Assembly (NCBI RefSeq): GCF_000497125.1 | Contig: NC_090598.1 | Location: 868,001-932,000 of the forward strand | DNA from: Spironucleus salmonicida | Lineage: Eukaryota | Direction: 5' to 3' | Length of the DNA stretch: 64,000 nucleotides | Part shown: positions 48,831 to 60,523 of the stretch, piece by piece | How the letters are laid out: each line of letters begins with the position of its first letter | How positions within the stretch are numbered: the stretch's first letter is position 1 | Translations under genes and position numbers: made by a program | Notes under the pieces: model-generated | Databases searched by the model: none | What the model was told of the DNA's origin: nothing | Seen by the model: only the letters and a program-made list of their open reading frames with translations

Positions 48831-49361
48831 ATGCTAGTCATTACACTATATTGTTAGTAAACATAGGTGTTTCCAACAGCATTAAAAATAGTGACTGTAA
48901 CAAATCTTACTAACTGTCATTTTCAACCAGACGAAATACTTACTTATAATCTATCATTTTAAGTATCAAATGTATCCTTCGTTTACACATAAATACTAAA
49001 TATAGTAAACAACATCTCTACTATCACGATCGAACCACGATCTTCAGAGGAACAAAAAGCATTCGATATGTTCCTGACAACCTATGCCCAGTTTATCAGC
49101 AACGTTACGAATTTTCACCGGTATGATGTGGTAATAATTAAATGGAACGAGGACCTTATTGTTATTGATTAAAAAATTAACTATAAGATCCTATTTTACT
49201 CTATAATTTGTTTATTCTTAACTTTCGCAATGATTGCTACAATTCTGATTATTAAAAAGGTTAAAAGTGATAGGTAAGAGCTACAATCGCAGATAGAGCA
49301 AGATACATTACAGTTTAAGAAAAAGTTAATCCCTACTGCTTCATTTTACTACGTTAAGTGA
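48831..49361 (+). CDS. single-pass membrane protein (176 aa)
   Basis: TM helix ILFYSIICLFLTFAMIATILII followed by KK; ends AAGTGA. Confidence 0.7.
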
Positions 49362-49519
49362 TACTTTTCCATTTTTATATTGATTTTTACTTTAAATAAA
49401 ATATATTGGATTAAGTTTATATATTGGATCAATCATAGTAATGTTGAGTCATATTTATACTATATATTATATATTATTAACCATTTCTGAAAATGACAGT
49501 TTCCTACACTGTATTCACA

Positions 49520-50074
49520 ATGGCTCTTAAATTAGCGTTATAGGAATTCCATAGTATTTATGCATTATAATATCAACTACCTCCTCTACCCTTTGAACCG
49601 TTCCAATATTACAACTACATCATTAATAGTGATCTCCTCAAAAAAGGCTTTTTAAGCTATCTGCGGGTACACGTTTGCGAGGTTTACCGCCTCAGAGAAG
49701 ATACTATGCCATTAAAAATGGAGGAACGTTCTTTCAATCGAATTTATAAATAAACTGTTTTAGGGATTTAATAAAGTAAGCGAAAAGAATCTGGCACCAA
49801 ATTAGCTACATATGAAAATTATTTAATTTAAGATACAAATTATGATAATACTCGATTTTTGAATAAATTTAAGGAAGAAATGTTGAAGATACAGGCGTGT
49901 TGGGTGCCGTATTAAGTACCTAATAAGCCAGAAATAGTTCTAGTATAAAAAATGGAAAAATTTTAATTTCCGAAGTATTTATTGGAATAAATTGCAATTT
50001 TGACACTAGACGATAATGTTTAGAGCAAGCAACAAAATGGTGCATATAAAAATGCATAAAATAGTGTGAAGTGA
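49520..50074 (+). CDS. hypothetical protein (184 aa)
   Basis: Open with TAA/TAG=Gln; ends AAGTGA. Confidence 0.6.
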
Positions 50075-50083
50075 GTAATAATT

Positions 50084-50695
50084 TCACATCATTTCGATTT
50101 TCTCAACCACCTCAAATACTCCTTTGATCGCTGATGTAAGCAAAATAATTTAGTTAATATCCTCCTCATCAATGAGTTTTTCTGATAAAATATTAATTTT
50201 TAATTTTAATAAATCTAAAATACTTTCATCTTGATTACTAGATACATTTAAAGTAGGTAAATTTTCATCATTTATAAATTTATTTTATACACCTTTAATG
50301 CTCTATTCAACACGTCTTTTCGCATCTTACACTAATTTATCAACATTTACCACTTATTATTTTACTGCTGGTACATCCCCTTTATATCCACAAGCTCCAC
50401 AAGTAACGAATGATTTATCTGGGGAACGCATAAGTGGTGAATAACAATTTTAGATAGGACACGAATCATTTAGCATACAATACTATTATAAAAGTAATTA
50501 TGACGTGATGTCTTCACGGGGCGCTTATTTTTCATAAACTAGTTTAACATCACAAATAGGGCAATACATAAATTCAGAATCAGGAGAAGATATTATAGGT
50601 TTTTAACACTTAGGACATTTTTATTTAGATGGAGGAACTAACTTCCAGTTAAGGCCCAAATAATAATCAATTGGCTATTTAGCTTCAAAAGTCAT
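50084..50695 (-). CDS. double zinc-ribbon protein, SSSCA1/autoantigen p27-like
   Basis: CPKC..CPIC and LLLQQYCMLNDSCP..C.SPLMR..CGAC. Confidence 0.7.
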
Positions 50696-50749
50696 TACAC
50701 AGAAGTGGAATATTAATAATTATAATATATAGATATATTATATGCTAAA

Positions 50750-51127
50750 ATGAAACTATTTTACAATCATCCATAGCTTAAACCTTCGAATCTTCCCCTT
50801 ATTCAAAGATTACCATTTTACTATTAATAATCAATGTATAATGAAAAATTAATATTAAAGAAACAAAATGCTTATATATTAAATAAAAAACCACCTACTA
50901 CTAGCTAAACAGTTATTGAGATAATGAATAAAACATAAATTGATCCAATTCTCTATTAATTTGATGAAGACCTTTAGAAACCAAATAAATTTTCCGAACT
51001 TGAATAACCTGCATTGATATAAACTTATAATAAGTATGATCGTAATAGTTATGATATTGTGCTAAATTATTTGAAAAAAAATAAAAAATCAGTCAGATTT
51101 CCTATTATAAAAAAGATGTCAGAGTGA
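50750..51127 (+). CDS. hypothetical protein (125 aa)
   Basis: Open with TAA/TAG=Gln; ends GAGTGA. Confidence 0.55.
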
Positions 51128-51776
51128 ATTATTTTGTTACTATACACGCAAATGCTACCAATTTTTAAATTTGTTCTTATTGAAATAGATAAATCTTATC
51201 ACAAAAAAGTTATACCGTTTCTTAATAAAGATTATAAAAATTATAATGAATTAAGTAATATTAGTGTATTGTAAATTAAGTATTGAAACAGCTATAATAT
51301 ATTGATAATATATGAACTATATAAGGAAGATAATATTTATTTTTAGTAGATTTAGTTTGACACTATTCACCTGTTTCTCACAACAACTTCATTATAAAAT
51401 CTCATACACTACTACATTTTATTTTTAATACTTAAAACGTATTGTACTTATTATTAAGTAGTGACATGACAATTATTTAGTATATGAAGTAGCATCTATG
51501 ATTATATAACTTGAACACTGTGTAACGAGTTTGCAAAATAATGTGAACAAATTAGATTTATAAATTCAATATGACGTATATAATATGAGCAAGCTAGTTA
51601 TCTTTTTTTATTTCAATGCTTATTAGTTTATTTGTAACTATTGCAACATTATAACAATATTAGATATTATATTTCTGCTTCTAAAACATAAACCACAAAC
51701 ATTAAATTTTATCAATAGTTACACTAAAATATAATAAATTAAATATATTATCAAATCAATCAAACCATTCCTTCAA

Positions 51777-53000
51777 ATGGACTTCAACAAGTTATCTATT
51801 AAGGACGTTGATGTTAAGGATAAAGCTGTATTTATCCGTGTTGATTACAATGTCCCACAGGATGATGCCGGCGTTATTACCAATACTGCTCGTATAGATG
51901 CCTCTATCCCCACCATCCAGCATGTATTAAACAGCCATCCTAAGTATATTGTTTTATGCTCTCATTTGGGTCGTCCTAAAGGTACTGGCTTTGAACAGAA
52001 GTTTTCTATGAAGCCCGCTTCTGAAGCTCTTGCAAAGATTTTAGGTAAGCCCGTCACTCAGCTTGAAGATGTAGTTGGCCCTAAGGTTGAAGAAGCACTC
52101 AAAAATGCTAAGTAAGGTGAGATTTTCATGCTTGAAAATGCTCGTTTCTATAAGGAAGAAACAAACGAAAACGAACAAGATGAAACAGTTAAGACTTTCA
52201 GAAAGAATCTCAAAGCTTTAGCTGATATCTATTGTGATGATGCCTTCGGTACTGCTCACAGACCTCATTCTTCTATGGTTGGTGAAGGTTTTGATATCCG
52301 TTGTGCTGGTTTCCTTTTACAAAAAGAAATTGATTACTTCAAAATCGCTCTTGCTGAACCAAAGAAGCCTTATCTCGCCATTCTCGGGGGTGCTAAGATT
52401 TCTGATAAGACTAAGCTCATCCATAATCTCCTCCCAAAGGTTGATAAAATCATTCTCTGCGGTGGTATGGCTTACGCTTTCCTTAAGAAACAGGGTATGA
52501 CCATTGGTAACTCCCTTTATGATCCTAAGTGTGACGCTGATGTTGAAATCATCATCAAAAAGGCTGCTGAGCTCAAAGTTGAAATCATCCTCCCAATAGA
52601 TTTCAGATGTACTCAGGATTTTAAGAACGATGCTGAAATGAAAATTTTCACCAAGGAATAAGGGATTCCTGATGGCTGGGAAGGTTTAGATGCTGGACCA
52701 AAGTCTGAGGAAGTTTTCAAAAAGGCTGTCTTAGATTCTAAGACTATTATTTGGAATGGTCCCGCTGGTGTTTTCGAATTCGCCAACTTCGCCAAAGCTA
52801 CTTTTGCTATTTGTGATGCTTGCGTTGAAGCTACCACTAAAGGTGCTATCACCATTATCGGTGGTGGTGACTCTGCTACTGCTGCTAAGAAAGCTAAGGC
52901 CGTTGACAAGCTTTCCCACGTTTCCACTGGAGGTGGTGCCGCTCTTGAACTCCTTCAGGGTGATATTTTACCTGGTGTTGCGAGATTATCTAACAAGTGA
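51777..53000 (+). CDS. pgk: phosphoglycerate kinase
   Basis: [35 protein letters not shown] and STGGGA motifs; two internal TAA. Confidence 0.97.
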
Positions 53001-53346
53001 ACGGTTTTATTGATTTATATGATATTAATGAATATTGCTGAGCAAAATAAATTTAATTGATAAGAAATTTAGACCATCCCAAAGCTTTGTTTTTATTAAA
53101 GTAGTATTCAATCCTCAATATATTATTAAATAATTAGTTCTCTTGTGTACGAATTTTTATTTATTATCTCGTTTAACAATATTAAAAGATAATAAATAAT
53201 TATTATAAAATTAATCTCTTTGCATTTTAAATTCTTTAATTTTGAGATTATTTTCTTTAAAGTTATAGTAATTAGAAAATAATTAAAATATAAAGATTTT
53301 TGTTCATGTACCACTAAAATAAACCAATAGATATTAAACTTTTTTT

Positions 53347-54540
53347 TCAAATAACTAATTGAGGAAAAACTATAGAAAGTCCCCCTTTTTATAGATCCAT
53401 AATGAGAGCACAGTCTGTGGTCTATGAAATATCATCGGTCAATAAAATCCACTTCCTAGCAGACCGTAAACTGCTATTACATAGAGCTTCTATTGCTCTT
53501 GCAAATTTTCTTCGACTACTGATTAAGCCAACTTTAACGTGTTATTTCTTAATATACATTAGGCTAAAAATGATAATTCCAAAGCATATTCCGTCCCCTG
53601 GAATGAATCTCGACGAGAAAGGAATGAAATTTGTATACCCTTATTAAATAATTTTAAAAATCGCAAATTAGGATCTAGACAAATGTGTAAATTTTAAAAC
53701 TTTACGCACGAACTAAGCTAAATCATTTGGCAATGTAGTTTTCCATGATGTAGTATACACAAACTTCAAAGTATCTGGGACAAATAAAGTTGAAATAGCA
53801 GTATTATCAATAGGCTAAAATGTGGATTTAAGTAGTTCGCTGGCTATTTAAGTATCATCTAACACAATATCATTGTTACCTGCCTGTAAAATTTCTATTT
53901 GAGTTCCTAGCTCTAAAAATGAAGCAAATTCTACAGAATCTTCAATACTAACTATTTTGGCCGTGAAAAATAAAGGCGTATCTGAATAAATCTAATAAAT
54001 CTAACCATTACGTAATTGTTCATAAACAGCAGTCTGTAAAGATAAGGAGTCACGTTGCGTTATTATTGCTTGTTTGTCGCTTACTTTAACGTTTTTAATA
54101 GATTTTCGATAGATAATCTAGTTAGGCTTTAATTATATAGCAGATACTAATGTTACTTTAGATGACAGGTTTATAACTTTAATATCTTTATTAAATTAGA
54201 AATTTGTTAATGTTGGTGACTATAGGAATAATATTTGTTAAATGAATGGATTACTCTGATAAAAGTTGTAGAATTATAATAGTAAAGGAAGTGTGATTTA
54301 GTTAACATGGAATAGGGTCAACTATGCGTCTTTTATGTTGATACTGATACTATGTGTTGTATTAATACATGTGACATTGGATTTAAGATAGAATATTTCA
54401 AGCTCATCAGAGTTTGTAAAGAGAGTAATACGTAATGGTTATTTACGATTTAATTGAGATATAAAATCTGGAAAAGCAGATTATGCTAACACTGTAGCTA
54501 CAATATTACCTTCAGATAGGTTTTTAATAATAGTGTTCAT
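53347..54540 (-). CDS. hypothetical protein, weakly Sec1/Munc18-like (397 aa)
   Basis: Long TGA-free frame; IITQRDSLSLQTAVYEQ weakly recalls Sec1 domain 2. Confidence 0.55.
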
Positions 54541-54601
54541 TTTGAAATTGAATTAGTTTTTAAATTACTCTTATTATAATAAGCAGAATATAATAGTGAA
54601 T

Positions 54602-54937
54602 TCACTTAAGCAAATCCCGAACCCACTTGAGGATTGATTTTGAGTTTATTTTCCCTTCAAACAATGTTCTAGACCCATTAGAGATAAATACGATAGTTGG
54701 ATATCCGGACACTAGCTACTCTTGACAAAGATACAGATTTTACGAGCAATCAACTTATCCTATTTAGAATCCTAACTCACTACCATAAGCAAGCTTCTTA
54801 ATTTCAGAAGTAGCTCTAATACAGTGAGAACAATAAGGGGAATAAAATTTCAGGAGAGTTGGTTTTTCTAATATGAAATTATCAAAGTTAATTGAAGTAA
54901 GATTTTGTATTTCAGTTTAAAGTAGAAGAGCAAACAT
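54602..54937 (-). CDS. single-domain PDI-like thioredoxin
   Basis: LTSINFD, KFYSPYCSHC, VDC..N..LC and VSGYPTI; ends AAGTGA; missed by the ORF track. Confidence 0.88.
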
Positions 54938-55094
54938 ATTTCGAGTCTCAAAACTTTATGTATATAAGTGTATATTAGCGATTGGAGTGGATATTCGTTG
55001 TATTTAAGAAGGGGTGATTGTGATTCATAGAGTTGGAATGCAATACTCATTTATAACCTTTAAAGTTAGGTAAATAATATTTACCACTTCCACA

Positions 55095-55721
55095 ATGAAA
55101 ATTGTGGAAGTAATGCATCCTCTCATTAAGCACAAAGTTGGTCTCATGCGTGCAAAGGACGTCTCCATAGCTCGTTTCAGAGAACTTGCATCTGAAGTAG
55201 GCTCTCTTCTTACTTATGAGGCTACTGCATCTCTTGCTACCGAAAAAGTTACAATCGAGAGTTGGTAGGGCCCAGTCGAGATCGACTAGATATCTGGTAA
55301 AAAGTTTACAGTTGTACCAATTCTTCGTGCTGGTTTAGGCATGATGGACGGCGTCATCCAACATTGCCCAGGTGCTAGAATTTCCGTTGTAGGTGTTTAT
55401 CGTGATGAGAAAACCCTCCAACCAGTACCATATTTTGACAAGATCTGTGCTGGTATTGAATAGCGTATGGCTTTAATTGTTGATCCTATGCTTGCTACTG
55501 GTGGAAGCATGATAGCAACGATTGATTTACTTAAGAAAAAAGGATGTACGAATATCCGCTGCTTGGTTCTTGTTGCTGTACCTGAAGGTTTGAAGGCGCT
55601 TGAAGCCAAACACCCTGATGTAGAGATTTATTGTGCTGCAATTGATAGCCACCTTAATGAGTAAGGTTATATTATTCCAGGACTTGGTGATGCAGGTGAC
55701 AAGATTTTTGGAACAAAGTGA
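55095..55721 (+). CDS. upp: uracil phosphoribosyltransferase, bacterial type (208 aa)
   Basis: [21 protein letters not shown] and [18 protein letters not shown]. Confidence 0.96.
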
Positions 55722-55834
55722 AGATTTCTCCACATTTAATTGTAATTACTAGTTTATATATTTTAATATCTATTATAAAATACAGTATAGATATTATATA
55801 TAATTCATATACACTCCATTAAACTTTCCATAAA

Positions 55835-56560
55835 ATGAGAGTTTCCAACTAGTCATTTTTGACAAGAATATCGGTTTTTACACTAACACGAGACTCAACA
55901 GTAGAGTATCCAGAATATAGACTTTCTACAAATTATGACATTCATCTTTCAGCACCAGATTTTACTTCATTAAATGATTTAAAATCCGCGATCTCTGAGA
56001 AAACAAATGCTGGATTTTTATCATCATAATTCTTTAGAGTAGCATTTTTAGGACAATTTACTACCTCTGGAACTTTTTTAACTACTTCAACTGAAGTTTC
56101 AACACAATTTTTATAGCAAACTGATAAAATATTCGATTTAGTAGTTGTAAGATATACAAAGGTTCAAAGTTATTAGCTCAAAAATCTAATTTCGTAAGAA
56201 GAATATCGTCAATTAGATGCATTGCTTCGTACAAAAAGGACTTATGCTAAGAAAGACATTTCTGACGATGAAATCGAGCCGGTGTAAATCAAATTTTTTG
56301 ATTAATTTTAAATTAAGGGGGCAAAAAGCTAGATTATCAGTGAAATTTTAAATTCCCCTGCTAGTAGATTTTATGGCCCTAAGATGGTTGAGGAATGGGG
56401 ATAAAGAATTACTAATCAAGAGCATAATAGTGTATGGTTACCACCATCCGAGTTTCCTTTAGTTCAAAACGGTGAGAATGGAGGATACCTTACTGTTAGT
56501 GTGTCGGCGCGGATATATGGGGTATGTATGAAGTTCGCCGGTATATTGAACTCTGAGTGA
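55835..56560 (+). CDS. hypothetical protein (241 aa)
   Basis: Open with TAA/TAG=Gln; ends GAGTGA. Confidence 0.7.
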
Positions 56561-57206
56561 AGTTAAGCTATAATAAAAATTTGTTTAAATTATTATTATT
56601 GTCATCTTAACGATATTTTCTAGAAAACTATAATAAAATATTCATTATAAAGATATTTTCCTTATGTTATTAAGTATATCTGAATAAGAATATTTTCATT
56701 TATTCTTAAGAATAGGATCCTCTTTATAAAAGAATCGGGAACTATAATACGTTGTAAACCTATTGATTATCTTTTAAATAACAATACTAATTATTAAATA
56801 TTACTTATTATTAGGTTATTTTAATTTTTATAGCAAATAATAAATTTGTATTTTAAATAAATACGGGTTTATTATAATTTAGGTTACAAGCATAAATAAT
56901 AAATATCACAAAATGATAGCGATACTTTATTATATAGAACAAAATAAAATTTATCCATAATTTAATAGATATAACTTCCATAATGGTTCTAGGTCAAAAT
57001 TCATGTAATAGTTTGTAAAATCGTTATGCGCTATGTAACAAAATAGAATTTATTGTAAATCCCTTTAGCAGTTGGAGTCTACCAGTTAACATTGAAACTC
57101 GTAATAATTTAGCTTATATGTTTCTTTCTCTGTGGAATAATACGTAAATTTATTTGGCTAGGTATCAAAGAAATAAGATCCGTAAACAGTAATCCAAGAG
57201 CAAATC

Positions 57207-58352
57207 TCACTTTACATTAGTTTTCATAGCATATTTAGCTTTGGGATGCTGATTGGAGACACTTTACTGTTTTTAAAAAGTAATGGTGGCGGATTACTTT
57301 TTAGCGTACTAAGGAACTACAACTACTCCTTATTTTTTGGCATATTGAGGAAAACTTGCTTTCGCCATTTCCTTCTAATTGCTAATATAATACCCCTTGT
57401 TAAATTAGCTCAGCTTGTTGCAAAGTTTGCTGTTATTTTCGGCGAACTACTGACATAACAACTCATACGCCCTAATTTGAGCATCTGCAGCCAAAGTCTA
57501 GCCCTCAATAGCCTGCGAAATCGCAGCCTACTCCGCAAGCAGGCTGACTGTGTATTGCTACACCAACTCTGCTTTAACTTGCTCTGGAATTCTGTCCGCT
57601 CCAGCAAACACCGATTTTTCGATCATATTCTCCACTACGTCATGCAAAGCCTCTGTTATTTAACCAAAATCTACCTCTATGTCCCTCGTAACTTATATCA
57701 GCTCTTTGGAGAACTACTGCTATAAGTCAGGCTGCTAAATGACCTTTCGGCCCGCCACACTCTCGTTCTCCGTCGTCTCGTTGTCCGTGGTGAAGAACGT
57801 GAGCTGCTCCGAGTCTGTCACGACCTGGCCCTCTTAGATAAAATCGGTAATGTCTGGAATGGAACCCTCATCCAGCAGGTCTTCGATATCAACTCCTCTG
57901 CTGGAGTCGCCCTCTGAGGATGCGCCACAGAGAGTAACTTTTTTACCGATGTCTAAATCCCGATTGGGCACCACACAGTGCGCTTCATTTTCTGGCAACG
58001 TGGCAGAATTTTTATGTAAGATTCTGGCATGTGGTGACGTGAGGTTCACGTTGGGCTCCGTGTTTAGGTCCCGCTGGCTGTCTGTAATGTAGCTTTTTGC
58101 GCAGAAGCTTCTTTCACCGCGCACAGCATGCGCGCTAGAACTCTCATGGCTACCGGCTGGGTTTTGCATAAGCAGCGAGCGGTCGAACGAAATTTCCTGG
58201 TGCAGTTTCACTCCTGGGGCCAGCTGTGAGTCGCTTTAACTAATTTCGAACTCGCATTATATCACATCATCTAGAGTCTGCTGGTCTGATAGCTGTTGAT
58301 ACCTCTCGATATCGAAGGACTCGTCTTGGATGTTCGACGAGAAGGAGGACAT
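57207..58352 (-). CDS. hypothetical acidic protein (381 aa)
   Basis: Open with TAA/TAG=Gln; ends AAGTGA. Confidence 0.7.
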
Positions 58353-58556
58353 TTCGTCTAAAATAATTTGTTTATAATAATATATAATAATAATAAAAAG
58401 TTCATGCAGTTTGGCGCTTGGGTTTCGGCCAAACCAAGTGAGTTTCTTAGCGTAAGAACTGTGTATGTGATGAAATGGCGGTATTGCAAAGCTGTAGATT
58501 TTTAAAATAATAAATAGATTTTACAATATAATATTATAATTATCGTTAAATTATAA

Positions 58557-60344
58557 ATGCTATCGTCGCTGGAGATCTTAGCGATGATTAACGGCCCCTG
58601 CCCACCACCGCAGGAGGAGCAAGCGCAGATGCTAGTAGACTAGCAGTAACATGTGATCGGGAGGCTTAAACGGCTCGTGCTAGCCTAAAAAGAGCAGATT
58701 AAACTCAAAAACGACGAAATAAACAGCCTACGGCACCAGCTGGGCCTGGATCCCATTATTTTTGCTGTTCCTGCTGGATCCTAGAGCGCTCGTAGCGTGG
58801 CACTGCCGTAGCCAGTAAAAGCAAACTTTCCAGGTCGCGCGTAACAGCATGCTATGGAATCAGAAAATGCCCACTCAACCTCACATATTGGTCGTAGCCA
58901 GCTTTAGGCGCCGGAAACTGCCGCAGATAGCCAATTTTCCGAACTGCTACTCTCCAATATTTCGCTTTTCGGCGTCCCGGCACACGTCCGTGGCCTCCAG
59001 CCGGTGCTCTTCGAACGCACCCTGGAGATATGTCGTGCTTTCACGCGGCGTGATTATAGTATCTCCTTGGCTATTTCCAGCGCCGAGCTGACCCAAATTA
59101 TGGAAAATGTTCCAGAAATCAACTGCAAAATCGACCAGCGCGACAGCGGGCTCGCGCTGTCCGATTTTGTGCCTTTTGACGTGCAGCGGGCACTGCGCGA
59201 TGTGACCGATGCCCACAACCCGCTACCGTCCGCAGTCGAGTTTGCGCTGAACTCGGCCGCTGATGCGACCCAGGGCGACGTATCCGCCGTCTTCGAAACT
59301 AGGGTCGGTAGCGCAGCCGCGTTCGCGCGGGCTGTGTGGCTAATTTTGGCTCATTGCGGGCTCAAGAGCGAGATCGTTGAAGGAAAAATCCTGATCTCCG
59401 GCTCCCGCCAGGTCATTGACCTCGCCGCACCAGCTGCGCTCTTCAGCGAAAAATTCGACATTTTCGACGAAAATTCACGCGTGCTAGCCCTTATATCAGA
59501 TCGACAAAAGTTCATTATCACGCAGAATTTCGACTCTGCCTCCATACCCGAGAACGCGCCTTATATCACTTAAAACTATCAGTTTTACAGCATTTTGACG
59601 CTCCAATTTTCCGCTCCTTTTGTCCCCCAGAAGGTCGATCTGCAGCCTGAAATTTCGAATTTTACGGCCTTCGGGATCCCGGCGTCGCTACGCGTCGGGA
59701 AGCCTGCGAATTTCGAGGAGGTCTGCCTCCAAATATACCGAAATTTCACGCTCCATCCTGCTAGCTTCCTGCCCGAAATCAGCGAAAACGTCGGCGACTT
59801 GCGGAGCTACCTGGCGGATTTGCAGGCCAAAACGAGCGACTGGCTGCTGCTCCTGCGACGCCTGCACCCCGCCACGCTTGCGGCGGAAATGGTGCTGAAT
59901 GGAGAGCGCCTGACGCGCTCTGCGCGCGTTTTCGACCTCCAGTACCTGCTCCAGCGTGCTGGCGTTTTGAGCTTCGCGGTGCGTGAAACCAGCTTACTTT
60001 TCGCAGGTGGAAGGGGTGTGGAAGGGGTTTTCGAGCTCAACCTCGCAGGGGGCGACCTGTTCGCGGTGAGCGCGCGGGAGGTCCAGGGGCACTTCGTGGG
60101 GCGCTTTGACGCATTTGACGCGCTCAGCGCAGCTGCAGACGTGGAGATTCTGCGCACGCAGACGCGCATTCTGCGTCGCAGCGCATCTGCGGAGGTGCTG
60201 GAGGAGCTTGCACAGGCGCTCGCGGTGGCTGGCGGCGTGCGGGAACTCACGGTGCAGCAGTTCGCTGGTTACTCCGTATATGAGGTCGTGCGCGGCGCGC
60301 TCGCGGCCGGGGAGTGCGTGCGCGTTGTGGAGCGTTTAGAGTGA
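58557..60344 (+). CDS. protein with N-terminal coiled coil and degenerate transglutaminase-like region (595 aa)
   Basis: VFETRVGSAAAFARAVWLILAHCGLKSEIVEG; ends GAGTGA. Confidence 0.65.
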
Positions 60345-60523
60345 GCATTTGGATTGCAGAAAAATGAGCTAGGTCGTTTTTTAGTTTAAAAAGCGATGCG
60401 CTGCTGCAATAGCTTGGGAGCATGATAAAAATTGCGCGCACTTCGTATTAATCCGTTTCCAGGCCTAAAGCGGCGGGTTAGTTTGCTATATTTATTTTAC
60501 GCCTGCATTGGAAAATATATCCC

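Noticed and set aside
51777-53000. PGK and other genes appearing as pseudogenes with internal stops
   Set aside because: The interruptions are TAA/TAG, which encode Gln here.
53402-53902. Plus-strand ORF
   Set aside because: Antisense to the longer open frame 53347-54540.
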